Positions 18,701-27,305 of a DNA stretch of 64,000 nucleotides are shown in pieces (within the stretch, counting starts at the first letter, position 1; each line of letters begins with the position of its first letter). This stretch comes from Bacillota bacterium (GTDB lineage Bacteria > Bacillota > Sulfobacillia > JBFLWA01). The stretch is from the NCBI GenBank assembly GCA_040758135.1, contig JBFLWA010000001.1, positions 134,713 through 198,712 on the forward strand. The letters are read 5' to 3'. The notes beneath the pieces are model-generated. The model was not told the DNA's origin. It ran no database searches and saw only the letters and a list, made by a program, of their open reading frames with translations. A program made the position numbers and the translations under genes.

Positions 18701-19311
18701 TCGGCCGCAAGCGCATCACCACCCGCAGCAATGAGCCCATGGCTTTCCTGACTTTGGAGGATGTGGTGGGCCAGGTGGAGGTGGTGGTCTTCCCCAAGAC
18801 CTACAGCCGCTGTCTGGATACCATCGAGAGCGACGGGCCGGTGCTGGTGTTCGGCCGGCTCAACCACCAGGATGAGGAGGTCAAGATCCTGGCCGAGCGC
18901 CTAGAGCTGCTGGGCCAGGCGGGTAGAGCCCGCGGTGGCGATGGGCCTGATGATGGTCGGCTGGAGCTGGGCGATGCTGCCGATGACCTGCCGGGTGGCC
19001 CGACGGCTAACGGGGCAGGCTACTCGGCTGGAGGGAATGGCTGGAGCGAGCCCGAGGGGGAGAAGCTTTACCTGAAGGTGGAAGAGGAGAGGCACCTGCA
19101 GAAGGTGCTGGACCTGGTCAGTTTCCACCACGGCAGCACGCCGGTGGTAATCCTTAAAGCCTGGAAGAATAAGGTGCTCAGGACCAACCCCGACTACTGG
19201 GCCGAGCTCAATGCCGAGCTGCTGGAGCGGCTGCGGGACCTGTTGGGCGAGGCCAGTGTGGTGGTAAGTGAGAGAGGAGCGATCAGCACCGGGCAGGTGA
19301 CCCGGCGCTGA
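15748..19311 (+). CDS. dnaE: DNA polymerase III alpha subunit DnaE
   Basis: '(M)FVHLHVHTEYSLLDG' PHP-domain N-terminus starting at TTG 15748, with a G11 run 6 nt upstream. The track ORF starts at 15661 with an atypical 29-aa extension. About 150 aa of Gly/Asp-rich C-terminal extension. Confidence 0.9.
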   Translation: MFVHLHVHTEYSLLDGAARLGALADRAAQLGMPALAITDHGAMYGVVDFYRACRKAGIKPIIGCEVYVASGSRHDRRPHLDDSPYHLVLLARNRTGYTNLMQLVSRGFTEGFYYRPRIDRELLEEYHEGLIALSGCVGGELPQLILADRLDEAREAAAYYRDLFGPDSFYLELQYHRQAEEVRVNDALAALGRELGIPLVATNDSHYLDREDAAAHDVLLCIQTAKNLDDPDRLRFPNDEFYLKPPAEMEELFSDYPGAIENTRRIADLCQLELEFGQYHLPHFEVPEGYTGQSYLRYLCEEGARWRYGQITDEVRERLEMELGIICGMGYASYFLIVWDFIVFARRKGIPVGPGRGSGAGSIVSYCLGITGIDPLAYGLLFDRFLNPERIDMPDIDIDLCFRRRDEVIQYVVEKYGSDHVAQIITFGTMAARAAIRDVGRALGMTYADVDRIAKLVPFELGVTLERALEISPPLRELYDSDHEVHRLIDLARRVEGMPRHASVHAAGVVISPEPVAHHVPLARTSDGAVVTQFAMDTIKDLGLLKMDFLGLRTLTVIADAIELIEANRGERVDIEQIPRDDPAVFEMLSSGDALGVFQLESSGMTDLLKRIKPDRFTDISAVVALFRPGPLQSGQAEQYVRRKNGQEKVEFWHPLLEPYLRDTYGVLVYQEQVMQVGRALAGFSLGQADLMRRAISKKKPEIMEAQRESFLEGARRTSGLEPAEANRIFDQLCHYSGYTFNISHTAPYALLAYQTAYLKAHYPVEYMAALLTSIMGSSDRVAEYTEGCRRQGIAILPPDINHSLGKFTVEGNAIRFGLGAVKNVGLGAVEAIISERQKNGPFRSLRDFCTRVDLRHLNRRALEGLIRCGAFASLGARRSQLVAILDQTLDLVAQQQRLREQGQISLFDLAVDGLNNDVDDRLPNLAEYPPDQLLAMEKETLGIYLSGHPLAQHEEELRRRTNCTTTRLPEMRDGADVVLGGLIIGRKRITTRSNEPMAFLTLEDVVGQVEVVVFPKTYSRCLDTIESDGPVLVFGRLNHQDEEVKILAERLELLGQAGRARGGDGPDDGRLELGDAADDLPGGPTANGAGYSAGGNGWSEPEGEKLYLKVEEERHLQKVLDLVSFHHGSTPVVILKAWKNKVLRTNPDYWAELNAELLERLRDLLGEASVVVSERGAISTGQVTRR

Positions 19312-19318
19312 CCCTCAA

Positions 19319-19975
19319 CTATGGGGTTTTTCCAGTGACCGATGGTTGGTGGATCACGGCCAGCGTCCCCTGGTACCACTTCACAGCCGCTTGGGGAGCG
19401 ACCAGCTCATTACTGACCCCCCGGCTCAGCTCTCGGTGGAGGGTCTCACCGTGCAGGGGATACTTGAGCCCCTGCGTCTCCACTCCCTGCACCGACGAGG
19501 AGAGGGGAATCAGGGAGACGGTCTCGCCCGCCCGGCCCGTCAGCCGGACCAGGTCCCGGTGAAGGTAGATATCCTCATGGGCCTCGCAGAATGTAATCGC
19601 GACTCCGCGCCCGGCATAGCCCGCGGCCACCATCAGGTTGGCCAGCGAATGGTCTAACCGTCCGCCGGTGGCGGCCACCACCAGGATCTCCCGGTAACCA
19701 ACCTGCGCCAGGTGGTCGAGGGCCAGGTGGGTATCGGTCTCGTCCTTTTCGGCCGGGTAGTCCAGACACTCTATCCCGTCACACCGGCCGGGGCGGAGCG
19801 AGTCGAGATCACCGATGAGCAGGTCGGGCCGAAGCCCGGCCGCCTCCAGGTAGCGCAGGCCGTCATCCGCGGCCACCAGGTAATCATCGGCGCGCCGTAA
19901 ACGCCGGTAGCGCTCCAGGGCGAACGGCGCCTCGGGGCTGGCGGTGACGATAACGGCGCGCCGACCGGTAATCAA
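19319..19975 (-). CDS. thiN: thiamine pyrophosphokinase
   Basis: 218 aa; 'LLIGDLDS' motif; TPK fold. Confidence 0.8.
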   Translation of the reverse strand: MITGRRAVIVTASPEAPFALERYRRLRRADDYLVAADDGLRYLEAAGLRPDLLIGDLDSLRPGRCDGIECLDYPAEKDETDTHLALDHLAQVGYREILVVAATGGRLDHSLANLMVAAGYAGRGVAITFCEAHEDIYLHRDLVRLTGRAGETVSLIPLSSSVQGVETQGLKYPLHGETLHRELSRGVSNELVAPQAAVKWYQGTLAVIHQPSVTGKTP

Positions 19976-19976
19976 G

Positions 19977-20486
19977 TCAATGTTGGGCCCGGCTCAGAAC
20001 CCGCTGGACTGGAATGAGCACGACCAGGCTGATGATTAGTTCAGGGCCCAGGTACTGCAGGTTATAGACGGCCGAGTAGACCGATCCGCTCATCCCCTCT
20101 GGGGCGTAGCTGCTGAAGAAGATGACGCCCGAAAGCCAGTGGGCCATGAAGCGACCGGCCACGGCGGTGGTCACCGCCACCAGCGGCTGCCGCCGGGCGA
20201 GACCGGCCAGGCCCAGCAGGCCGAAGGCCAGCGGATAGTCAAGAAAGACCTGGAAGGGGTGGTAGATGTAAGGCTTCATGATCAGCTGGATCACGCCATG
20301 GACGGCGCCGGACAGAAGCCCAACGCCGGTGCCGTGGCGCAGGGCGATGAACATGATGGGAACCATGCTGGCAGCCGTAACCGAGCCGCCATAGGGGGCC
20401 TCCCAAACCTTAATCAGGCTCAGGACCGAGGCCAGCGCGATCATCACCGCCGCCTCGACCAGGACCCGGGTGTTGAGTCTCTTCAC
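19977..20486 (-). CDS. thiT: thiamine ECF transporter S component ThiT
   Basis: About 170-aa polytopic membrane protein from GTG 20486 (GGGAGGA RBS 7 nt upstream), immediately downstream of a TPP riboswitch. The track's extra N-terminal 23 aa would cover the riboswitch. Confidence 0.75.
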   Translation of the reverse strand: MKRLNTRVLVEAAVMIALASVLSLIKVWEAPYGGSVTAASMVPIMFIALRHGTGVGLLSGAVHGVIQLIMKPYIYHPFQVFLDYPLAFGLLGLAGLARRQPLVAVTTAVAGRFMAHWLSGVIFFSSYAPEGMSGSVYSAVYNLQYLGPELIISLVVLIPVQRVLSRAQH

Positions 20487-20554
20487 TGTGCGTTCCTCCC
20501 TGTTAGTGAGCTTAGGGGGAATGAAAAATCGGATACCCCGAAAGGTACCCGAGC

Positions 20555-20660
20555 ACAAACTGACCGTTCCCTACGCGGGCATTACCCCACAGGTTCAGCG
20601 GGTCAGGTGCTTCACAGCCCTTTCTCAGCCGCTATACAGCAGCTCCCCTAGCAGTATTTA
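20555..20660 (-). ncRNA. TPP riboswitch (THI element)
   Basis: Minus-strand 'CUAGGGGAGCUGCU...GCGGCUGAGAAAGGGCUGUGAAGCACCUGACCCGCUGAACCUGUGGGGUAAUGCCCGCGUAGGGAACGG' carries CUGAGA, ACCUGA, UGAACCUG and GUAAUGCC...GCGUAGGGA. Confidence 0.8.
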
Positions 20661-20687
20661 TTATAACGGTCTGCGTCCAATCTTCAA
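20660..20687 (-). promoter_or_regulatory. sigma-A promoter driving riboswitch-thiT-thiN
   Basis: Minus strand: TTGAAG-16nt-TATAAT immediately upstream of the riboswitch. Confidence 0.5.
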
Positions 20688-20706
20688 GGGCAAAAAAACG
20701 GGCCAC

Positions 20707-21594
20707 TCACGATAGGAGGTGACGGTAGGTCCGGAGGAATTCGGCCCCGCTGAGGTAGACCGCCTCCTGCACTGCCTCCAACCCGTGCTCTAGCTCAATG
20801 CGGCGGACTAGCTCGCAGCCGACCCGGTAGGTCAGGCGCTGCGGGCCGAAGATGCGCTCCAGGTACTCGTCGCGATTGAGGGGATCGGAATTTAGGAGCT
20901 GCAGCAGCTGTCGGAAGGCGCTTAGGTGTTCCTCCATCTCGGCCGGATCCGAGAGAACCACGTAATCCGCGAGGATAGGATGCGAGCGGTTACCCAGATG
21001 CCCGCGCTCAGCGCGCAGGCGCAGCGGAGCGTAGACCGCGTACCCCTCGTTCTGGAGCATCAGGGCGAAAAAGGACAGCCAGTGCCGGGAGGTGCTCAGT
21101 CGGTTGACATTGGGCACCACATGGATCCGGGCGTAGACTACATGGAAGACTTCGTGGATCAGAGTATACAGAAACTCGTTGGCATCGGCCAGGTAGGGCG
21201 GGAAGTTCAGGTTCATGCAGACTACCCCATCCAGGCCGATCCCGGCATCGTAGCCGATGGTCGGGTAGATGAGGATATCATCCAGATCCTCCCGGGGGAG
21301 AAGGCGCTTGAGCTCAGTCTCCGCCAGTTGCACCCACTGGTCGCCCTCATCCTGGATGGTCTGCATCAGCCGGCTGATGGCTGGGAGATGGGGCATCAGG
21401 TTGCGCAGACCGTAGTAGGGGGATTCGCCTCCCTCCAAGGCGCGGCGGACATCGGCTTCGCTGAGGCCATCCCCGAATTGGCGGCTATGGGCGAAGATAG
21501 TCCGGTAAGCCTCGTGCTCCAAGACCTCGGCCAGGGGCAGTTTGCCGGAGAGGTGATCCAGGAAGATCTGGACGCCCGTGAGAGAAATGTGCAT
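20707..21594 (-). CDS. putative zinc-dependent protease (HExxH; DUF2268-like)
   Basis: 295 aa; 'LIHEVFHVVY' motif. Confidence 0.55.
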   Translation of the reverse strand: MHISLTGVQIFLDHLSGKLPLAEVLEHEAYRTIFAHSRQFGDGLSEADVRRALEGGESPYYGLRNLMPHLPAISRLMQTIQDEGDQWVQLAETELKRLLPREDLDDILIYPTIGYDAGIGLDGVVCMNLNFPPYLADANEFLYTLIHEVFHVVYARIHVVPNVNRLSTSRHWLSFFALMLQNEGYAVYAPLRLRAERGHLGNRSHPILADYVVLSDPAEMEEHLSAFRQLLQLLNSDPLNRDEYLERIFGPQRLTYRVGCELVRRIELEHGLEAVQEAVYLSGAEFLRTYRHLLS

Positions 21595-21731
21595 GTTCAG
21601 TGGCCTCCTTGCAGAGTGGTTCTACTACTTGGTTTTGACCCGGGTCAGGCATTTTCCTGCCCGGCAGCTGGCAGCACTGACCACAGAGCGGCCCGGGGGA
21701 GGACCCCGGGCCGCAGGTCGTGGGAAGGACG

Positions 21732-24700
21732 TTAGTCCCCTTCCGCCGGTTCGTCCCGGGCTACTACATTGGTGGCTCGGGGGAAGAGGCGGTCGAAGAC
21801 CAGGTAGACGATGGGGATGATGAACAGGGTCAGGAAGGTAGCGGTCGTGAGGCCGCCGATGACCGCCACCGCCATGGGTTGGGCCAGCTCCGAGCCGGCG
21901 CCGGGCCGCAAGGCCATGGGCACTAGAGCCAGGACAGTGGTGAGAGCAGTCATCAGGATCGGCCGTAGCCGCTTCCGCCCGGCCTCGATCACTGCTTCTC
22001 CGGTCCGGGTACCCCGGGCCCGCAGTTGGTTGATGAAGTCCACCAGGACGATGGCGTTATTCACTACAATGCCCGCCAGCATGATGAAGCCGATCACTGA
22101 GGGGACATTGAACTTCTGTCCGGTGAAGAACAACAAAAGCAGACCGCCGATGAGGGCCAGGGGCATAGTGAACATGACGGTGAAGGGGTGGATCAGCGAC
22201 TCGAATTGGGAGGCCATGACCATGTAGACCAGGGCCACCGCCAGTAGCAGGGTCAGACCCAGGCTGCTGAAGGCCTCCCGCATCTCCTTGAGTTCCCCGC
22301 CGAACCTGACCTGGTAGGCTTCGGGCAGGTCGAGACCGTCGATGATCCGGTTCAGGTCAGCCTCGGCCTGGCGCAGATCTTTCCCGGTCAGTTCGGCTGA
22401 GAGAGTGACCAGGCGCTGGTTGTTCAGACGGTTGATGGCCATTGGCCCCTGAGCGGTAATGATCTCAGCGACCTCACCCAGACGGATGACCTTACCTCCC
22501 GGAGCTGCCACCATCAGGTTCTCCAGGTCGGCCAGATTGGCCCGGTCCTCGGGACGGAGGCTGACTATGATCTCCAATTCCCGCCCGTCCTCCATGATCC
22601 GGCCCACTGTCTCACCCCGGAAGGCGGTCCGCACCGCGCTCCCAATGACCGCTGGCACCAGTCCGAGCTGGCCAGCCTTCTCGAGGTCCACTCTGACCTG
22701 GACCTCGGGCAGGCGCTGGCCGATACTATTCTCGATTTCGCTGAAATAGCCCAGGCCAACCATGTCTTCGGCGATGCGGTCGGCCACCAAGCCCAGCTGG
22801 ACGAGGTCGGGCCCGGTGATCTCCAGCTGGACAGAGGGCCCGCCCATCCCTCCGGCGCCGCCTCCGGTCAGGGTCTGGCTCTCGGTGACAGTCACCTCGG
22901 CGGCGGCGTAATCGGCGAAGGCTTCGCGCAACTCTCGCGCTAGTCGGGCCGTACCCAGCTTCCGCTGGTCGGCCGGGACCAGGATGATGTGGAAGCAGGC
23001 CTCGTTGGCACCCCGGGTGCTTAACCCGAAGCGGCCTCCGCCAGTGCCGATGGTGGCAGCCACCACACTGACCTCATCGTAGCTGAGGAGTTTATCCTCG
23101 ATATAACTGGCTACGCCGGCTGTTTCCTCCAGCTTGGCCCCACTGGGAAGCACGGCCGTGATATCCAGCTCACCTGAATCGATGCGGGGGAGGAACTCAC
23201 CGCCGATACGGGGGAGGGTGGTCAAACTGCCGATGAACAGGACCACGGTTAGTCCAACAACCAGGAGCTTATGGCGAACAGCCCAGCCCAGGGCCCGGGC
23301 GTAGAGTTCGGGCAAGATCCCGCCGCTGCGGCGGCCGGTCTCCTTCAGCAGGGTGGCGCCTAGCATGGGCACCACCGTCAGGGCTACCGCCAGCGAGGTG
23401 AATAGCGAGAAGCTGACCGTCAGGGCCAGTTCGCGGAAAAGCGTGCCAGTGAGCCCGCCGACGAAGACTACCGGCAGGAATACGGCTACGGTGGTCAGTG
23501 TAGAAGCGGTGATGGCCATGGCCACCTCGGCGGCGCCCCGCCGGGCGGCTTTCTTGCGGTCTTCTCCCATCTCCAGGTGGCGGAACATGTTCTCCAGGAC
23601 AACGATGGAGTTGTCTACCAGCATCCCGATGCCCAGGGCCAGACCGGATAGAGTCATCAAGTTAATGGTCAGCCTACTGAAGAAAAGCAGGATGAAGGTG
23701 GCGATGACCGACACCGGGACCGAGAGCCCGATGATGATGGTGCTGCGCAAGTCCCGCAGGAAAACCAGGAGGATGGCAACGGCCAGACCGGCACCCATCA
23801 GGGCGCTGGTAGCCACGATATCCAGTGATTTAGTGATTATGCGCGACTGGTCAAGGGTAGGGAGAAGGGATATAGCCGGATACTCGTTGATCAGTTGGTC
23901 CAGTTCTGCCTTGACCAGATTGGCGACAGCCACGGTATTAGCATCGGACTGTTTCTGCAGGGTCAGTGACACATTGGGCTGGCGGTTCAGGCGCGAGAGC
24001 GAAGTTTGCTCCCGGAAGACCAGCGAGATAGCGGCCACATCGGTCAGGTAGACCGGGATGGTGGTAACCCGGGTGGTGGGCAGGCTGGACGTGCCCTCGG
24101 GGAGCCCGCCAGCGCCGGGTGTGAACCCGGGCGGGAGCGCCGGGGCAGGGCTGGCAGCGGGAGCGGGTACGGTCTCCACTTTGGTCTGGACACCGATTAC
24201 CACTGAGCCCAGATCCTCGGCCCGCTCGATTTTGCCCAGAACTCGGACAAGGTACTCGGCGCCGCCATCGACTATATACCCACCGGACAAGTTAAGGCTC
24301 GCCGCCCGGAGCGCGCTGGTCGCCTGACTCAGGGGGATCCCGTATTTCTCCAGTCTGGATTGGTCAACAGCCACCCGGTATTCCTGGACCGAGCCACCCC
24401 GGACGCTAACCGAGGCCACACCGGGGATCCGCTCCAGCCGGGGCACTATCACACTTTCAGCCAAATCGCGCAGGGCTCCCAGCTCCATCTGGTCAGACCC
24501 CATCCCCACCTCCATGATGGGCAGCATCGAGGGGTCGAACTTGATGACACTGGGCGTGCCGATATCTCCGGGAAGGTAGCGCTTGACCATGTCCACCTTT
24601 TCCCGCATGTCCAAAGCGGCGAAATCCATATCGGTGTCCCATCTGAAGTAGAGGATGATCACCGAACGGCCCTCCGAGGAGACACTCTGGACCCGCTCAA

Positions 24701-24929
24701 CATTGGCCAGTGTCCCCAGCGCGCCTTCCAACGGGCGGGTGACCAAGGCCTCCACCTCCTCCGGCGCGGCCCCGGGGAAGTCGGTGACCACCGCGGCCCC
24801 GGGGAAGTTGATCTTGGGGAAGAGATCCACCGGAAGGCGTGAATAGGAGACCGCTCCGATGAGTACTACCATCAAGACCAACATCAAGACGGTAACCCGC
24901 CGGTTCACGGCGAATTTGGCGATATCCAT
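21732..24929 (-). CDS. RND (HAE1/AcrB-type) efflux transporter permease
   Basis: 1065 aa; N-terminus '[29 protein letters not shown]...' is AcrB-like; 12 TM plus two large loops. No adjacent membrane-fusion protein gene. Confidence 0.9.
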   Translation of the reverse strand: MDIAKFAVNRRVTVLMLVLMVVLIGAVSYSRLPVDLFPKINFPGAAVVTDFPGAAPEEVEALVTRPLEGALGTLANVERVQSVSSEGRSVIILYFRWDTDMDFAALDMREKVDMVKRYLPGDIGTPSVIKFDPSMLPIMEVGMGSDQMELGALRDLAESVIVPRLERIPGVASVSVRGGSVQEYRVAVDQSRLEKYGIPLSQATSALRAASLNLSGGYIVDGGAEYLVRVLGKIERAEDLGSVVIGVQTKVETVPAPAASPAPALPPGFTPGAGGLPEGTSSLPTTRVTTIPVYLTDVAAISLVFREQTSLSRLNRQPNVSLTLQKQSDANTVAVANLVKAELDQLINEYPAISLLPTLDQSRIITKSLDIVATSALMGAGLAVAILLVFLRDLRSTIIIGLSVPVSVIATFILLFFSRLTINLMTLSGLALGIGMLVDNSIVVLENMFRHLEMGEDRKKAARRGAAEVAMAITASTLTTVAVFLPVVFVGGLTGTLFRELALTVSFSLFTSLAVALTVVPMLGATLLKETGRRSGGILPELYARALGWAVRHKLLVVGLTVVLFIGSLTTLPRIGGEFLPRIDSGELDITAVLPSGAKLEETAGVASYIEDKLLSYDEVSVVAATIGTGGGRFGLSTRGANEACFHIILVPADQRKLGTARLARELREAFADYAAAEVTVTESQTLTGGGAGGMGGPSVQLEITGPDLVQLGLVADRIAEDMVGLGYFSEIENSIGQRLPEVQVRVDLEKAGQLGLVPAVIGSAVRTAFRGETVGRIMEDGRELEIIVSLRPEDRANLADLENLMVAAPGGKVIRLGEVAEIITAQGPMAINRLNNQRLVTLSAELTGKDLRQAEADLNRIIDGLDLPEAYQVRFGGELKEMREAFSSLGLTLLLAVALVYMVMASQFESLIHPFTVMFTMPLALIGGLLLLFFTGQKFNVPSVIGFIMLAGIVVNNAIVLVDFINQLRARGTRTGEAVIEAGRKRLRPILMTALTTVLALVPMALRPGAGSELAQPMAVAVIGGLTTATFLTLFIIPIVYLVFDRLFPRATNVVARDEPAEGD

Positions 24930-25501
24930 CAGCTGACTCCGCTCCCTTCGATGCCGGCCAGAACCAGCTGGCTGATTTCGGCGAGAACTGCTTCTGACGG
25001 TCGGTTCAGGTGGCCCTTGGCCAGGAGCATCCCGGCCAGTGAGAGCGCTCCCATGATGGCACCCGAGACCACCTCCGGGTCGTGCGGGCGAAACAGGCCG
25101 GCGGCGACTCCGTCGGCCAGGGTCCGGGCATAGAGTTCCTGGTATTTGCGGGCCTGGCTTTGCAGCTCGCCCCGGAATGCTTCCGCCACTGCCAGTTTGA
25201 ACAAGGGTATGGGCTGCTGCATGAAGTGGAGGTGCTGCTCCATGAGTTTTAGCAGTCGCCGCTTCGGGTCAAGGATGGCGGCGGTGGCCCGGGAAGCGTG
25301 TTTCATTATCCGGCCAAAGCCCTCCAGGAGCAGTGCCTGGAGAAGTCTCTCTTTGCTCTTGAAATACAGGTAGACTGTACCCTTGCCAATTCCGGCCGTC
25401 TGGGCGATCTGGTCAATGGTCGCCTGGTGGAAACCTTTCTCGGCGAAGACCTCAGCCGCGGCCTCTAGGATCCGTTCGAATTTCCCCTCTGGCTGGTCCA
25501 A
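24929..25501 (-). CDS. TetR/AcrR-family repressor
   Basis: 190 aa; HTH '[21 protein letters not shown]'; TTG start with GAGGAGGTG RBS; stop overlaps the RND start (coupled operon). Confidence 0.85.
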   Translation of the reverse strand: MDQPEGKFERILEAAAEVFAEKGFHQATIDQIAQTAGIGKGTVYLYFKSKERLLQALLLEGFGRIMKHASRATAAILDPKRRLLKLMEQHLHFMQQPIPLFKLAVAEAFRGELQSQARKYQELYARTLADGVAAGLFRPHDPEVVSGAIMGALSLAGMLLAKGHLNRPSEAVLAEISQLVLAGIEGSGVS

Positions 25502-25522
25502 GGTGGCACCTCCTCAGCTTTA

Positions 25523-25540
25523 TGACTGACTGGTCAGTCA
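25523..25540. promoter_or_regulatory. putative TetR operator (inverted repeat TGACTGAC-TG-GTCAGTCA)
   Basis: 18-bp near-palindrome 22 nt upstream of the tetR start. Confidence 0.45.
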
Positions 25541-25584
25541 GCAGATAGCAACAGCATATCCGTCTCCCCGCCAGAAGGCAAGGG

Positions 25585-26211
25585 CTAGGGTGGCTTGCCT
25601 GTGGTAGCCTGATCGTTTCGGGCCAGGGCTTCCAGCAGCTCTTGCCTTAGACGGGACAGGTTTTGATCGATGATCCCATTGAGCTGGGAGAGTCCCCTTT
25701 CGTCCAGATCCCGGGGGGTGACTGGCCGGGCTTCGGCCTTCAGGATGACGCTGTAGTTGCCGGTGGGCTCGATGCGGGCCTCCTGTACATCGGCGATGTG
25801 GTCAACCCCTTTCTCCCGGAGTATGATGGTGAGGTCAGTCATGGTGATGCGCTCCCGGCGCAGGTTTTCCTCGATTACCTGGCCATTCTTGACCAGTAGG
25901 GTGCCGATCCCCTGGGTGATCTTTTCCGCGGTCCGCCACTTTAGGTTAACCCAGGAGACGATGAGTTGGAGAGCGCCCAGGAGCAGTAAGGGGACGATGC
26001 CGTGGATCATGCCGATCCGCTCTTCCTCCATGGGCAGGGCGGCCGCGGAGCCGGCGATGATGATCACGGCCAGATCGAAGGGGGCTAGGTTGGCTACTGA
26101 GCGTTTGCCCATCATCCGGACCACCAGGAGGGTGACGAAGTATAGAACGATGGTACGGTACCCGATCCCCAGGGCCTCGCGGCCCATGGTGGACAGGTCA
26201 TTCCAGTCCAT
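25585..26211 (-). CDS. DUF421 (YetF-like) membrane protein
   Basis: 208 aa; two N-terminal TM helices plus a conserved C-terminal domain. Confidence 0.65.
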   Translation of the reverse strand: MDWNDLSTMGREALGIGYRTIVLYFVTLLVVRMMGKRSVANLAPFDLAVIIIAGSAAALPMEEERIGMIHGIVPLLLLGALQLIVSWVNLKWRTAEKITQGIGTLLVKNGQVIEENLRRERITMTDLTIILREKGVDHIADVQEARIEPTGNYSVILKAEARPVTPRDLDERGLSQLNGIIDQNLSRLRQELLEALARNDQATTGKPP

Positions 26212-26351
26212 GGACGATCTCCTTTCGGGCTTCAGTTCAACCTTATTGTTTGCCCTATCCGGCGCCGGGTTAACCGAGAGGGGTTAAGAAGGGAGGAATA
26301 CTGTCAGAAGTTGTCGAAGATCCTCCCGCAAACGACCCATGAGGTATACAT

Positions 26352-27302
26352 ATGAACCGACGGTACTTGGCCACCATCTATATCACCCTCCTTTTCGTTG
26401 GGGGTCTGGCCATCACCCTCTGGGAGGTTGCCCGTGGTTCCTTCTATGTCAGCTGGGGTGCGGTTTTTCTGGCTGCCCTGACCATTGGCTCGACCTTCCT
26501 CACCCTCCAGACCGAGGGCGGGGACCTGCACGCCTCTGATGGCTTCCTGGCCATCTCCTATCTCAACTACGGCCTGCCTTTTTTACTGCCCGTGGGGATC
26601 CTGATGTGCGTAACGGAGGCTATTGTCCATCCCGGGCGCCGTCCCATACTGGTGAATATCGGCATTTCCGTCTGGAGTATGGCCGCAGCCGGGAGTCTGC
26701 TGGAACTGGTAGCCCCGGGGTTGCCGCCGGGGTTGTCTTTTGAGATGAGGCAGGTTGTCCTGGGGCTAATCTTCATGGCTGCTACCACTTTCATCTCCTC
26801 TGTGCTGGTGGCGGTACTGGTGGTACTCAAAAACCGCCATCACGACATAGGAGCTGTCCTCAAAGAGCTCCTCCTCAGCCCGCCCGGGATGCACATCCTA
26901 CTGTGCGGGGTAGTGGTGGTTCTACTCCTACCCACTTGGCCGCCGCCATCGATGCTCAGCTATTTATACCTTCTGATCTTTTTCTTGGTTTTTGGCTACT
27001 TGTTCTACTACTACGCCAAAGACCGGGAGAGCCGGGCCCTCTCCCAACGGGTCCAGCACCAGAATGAACAGCTTACCTCGGTGATGAACTCGGTGGGAAC
27101 CGTCTCGGCCATGATGTCAGTGGACCGCACCATCGATCTTCTCATCAGCGAGGCCCAGAAGGCCGCGGGCTGCCAGCGGATCCTGGTCCTGCGCTGCGAT
27201 GAGTCCACCGGCCTCTACCGGGTGACCCAGTGGGTGGGAGCCTCTGATGAGCTGGTCACCTGCTTTGAGCAGGGCGTCTGGGTCAACCTTGACCCCGGGT
27301 AG
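26352..27302 (+). CDS. N-terminal polytopic membrane sensor region plus first half of a GAF domain, ending at an in-frame TAG (first part of an interrupted GAF-HD-GYP gene)
   Basis: 316 aa; hydrophobic segments; C-terminal 'RTIDLLISEAQKAAGCQRILVLRCDESTGLYRVTQWVG' is a GAF beginning; same frame as the next ORF. Confidence 0.6.
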   Translation: MNRRYLATIYITLLFVGGLAITLWEVARGSFYVSWGAVFLAALTIGSTFLTLQTEGGDLHASDGFLAISYLNYGLPFLLPVGILMCVTEAIVHPGRRPILVNIGISVWSMAAAGSLLELVAPGLPPGLSFEMRQVVLGLIFMAATTFISSVLVAVLVVLKNRHHDIGAVLKELLLSPPGMHILLCGVVVVLLLPTWPPPSMLSYLYLLIFFLVFGYLFYYYAKDRESRALSQRVQHQNEQLTSVMNSVGTVSAMMSVDRTIDLLISEAQKAAGCQRILVLRCDESTGLYRVTQWVGASDELVTCFEQGVWVNLDPG

Positions 27303-27305
27303 TTC

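Noticed and set aside
20487-20558. Track's thiT N-terminal extension (MCSGTFRGIRFF...)
   Set aside because: It would be translated from within the TPP riboswitch aptamer. The GTG at 20486 has a proper RBS and gives a normal-length ThiT.
27300-27302. Amber TAG as a pyrrolysine codon
   Set aside because: No pyl genes are seen in the window, and Pyl use is lineage-restricted. A nonsense mutation or read-through is more parsimonious. It is kept as a finding, but recoding is not asserted.
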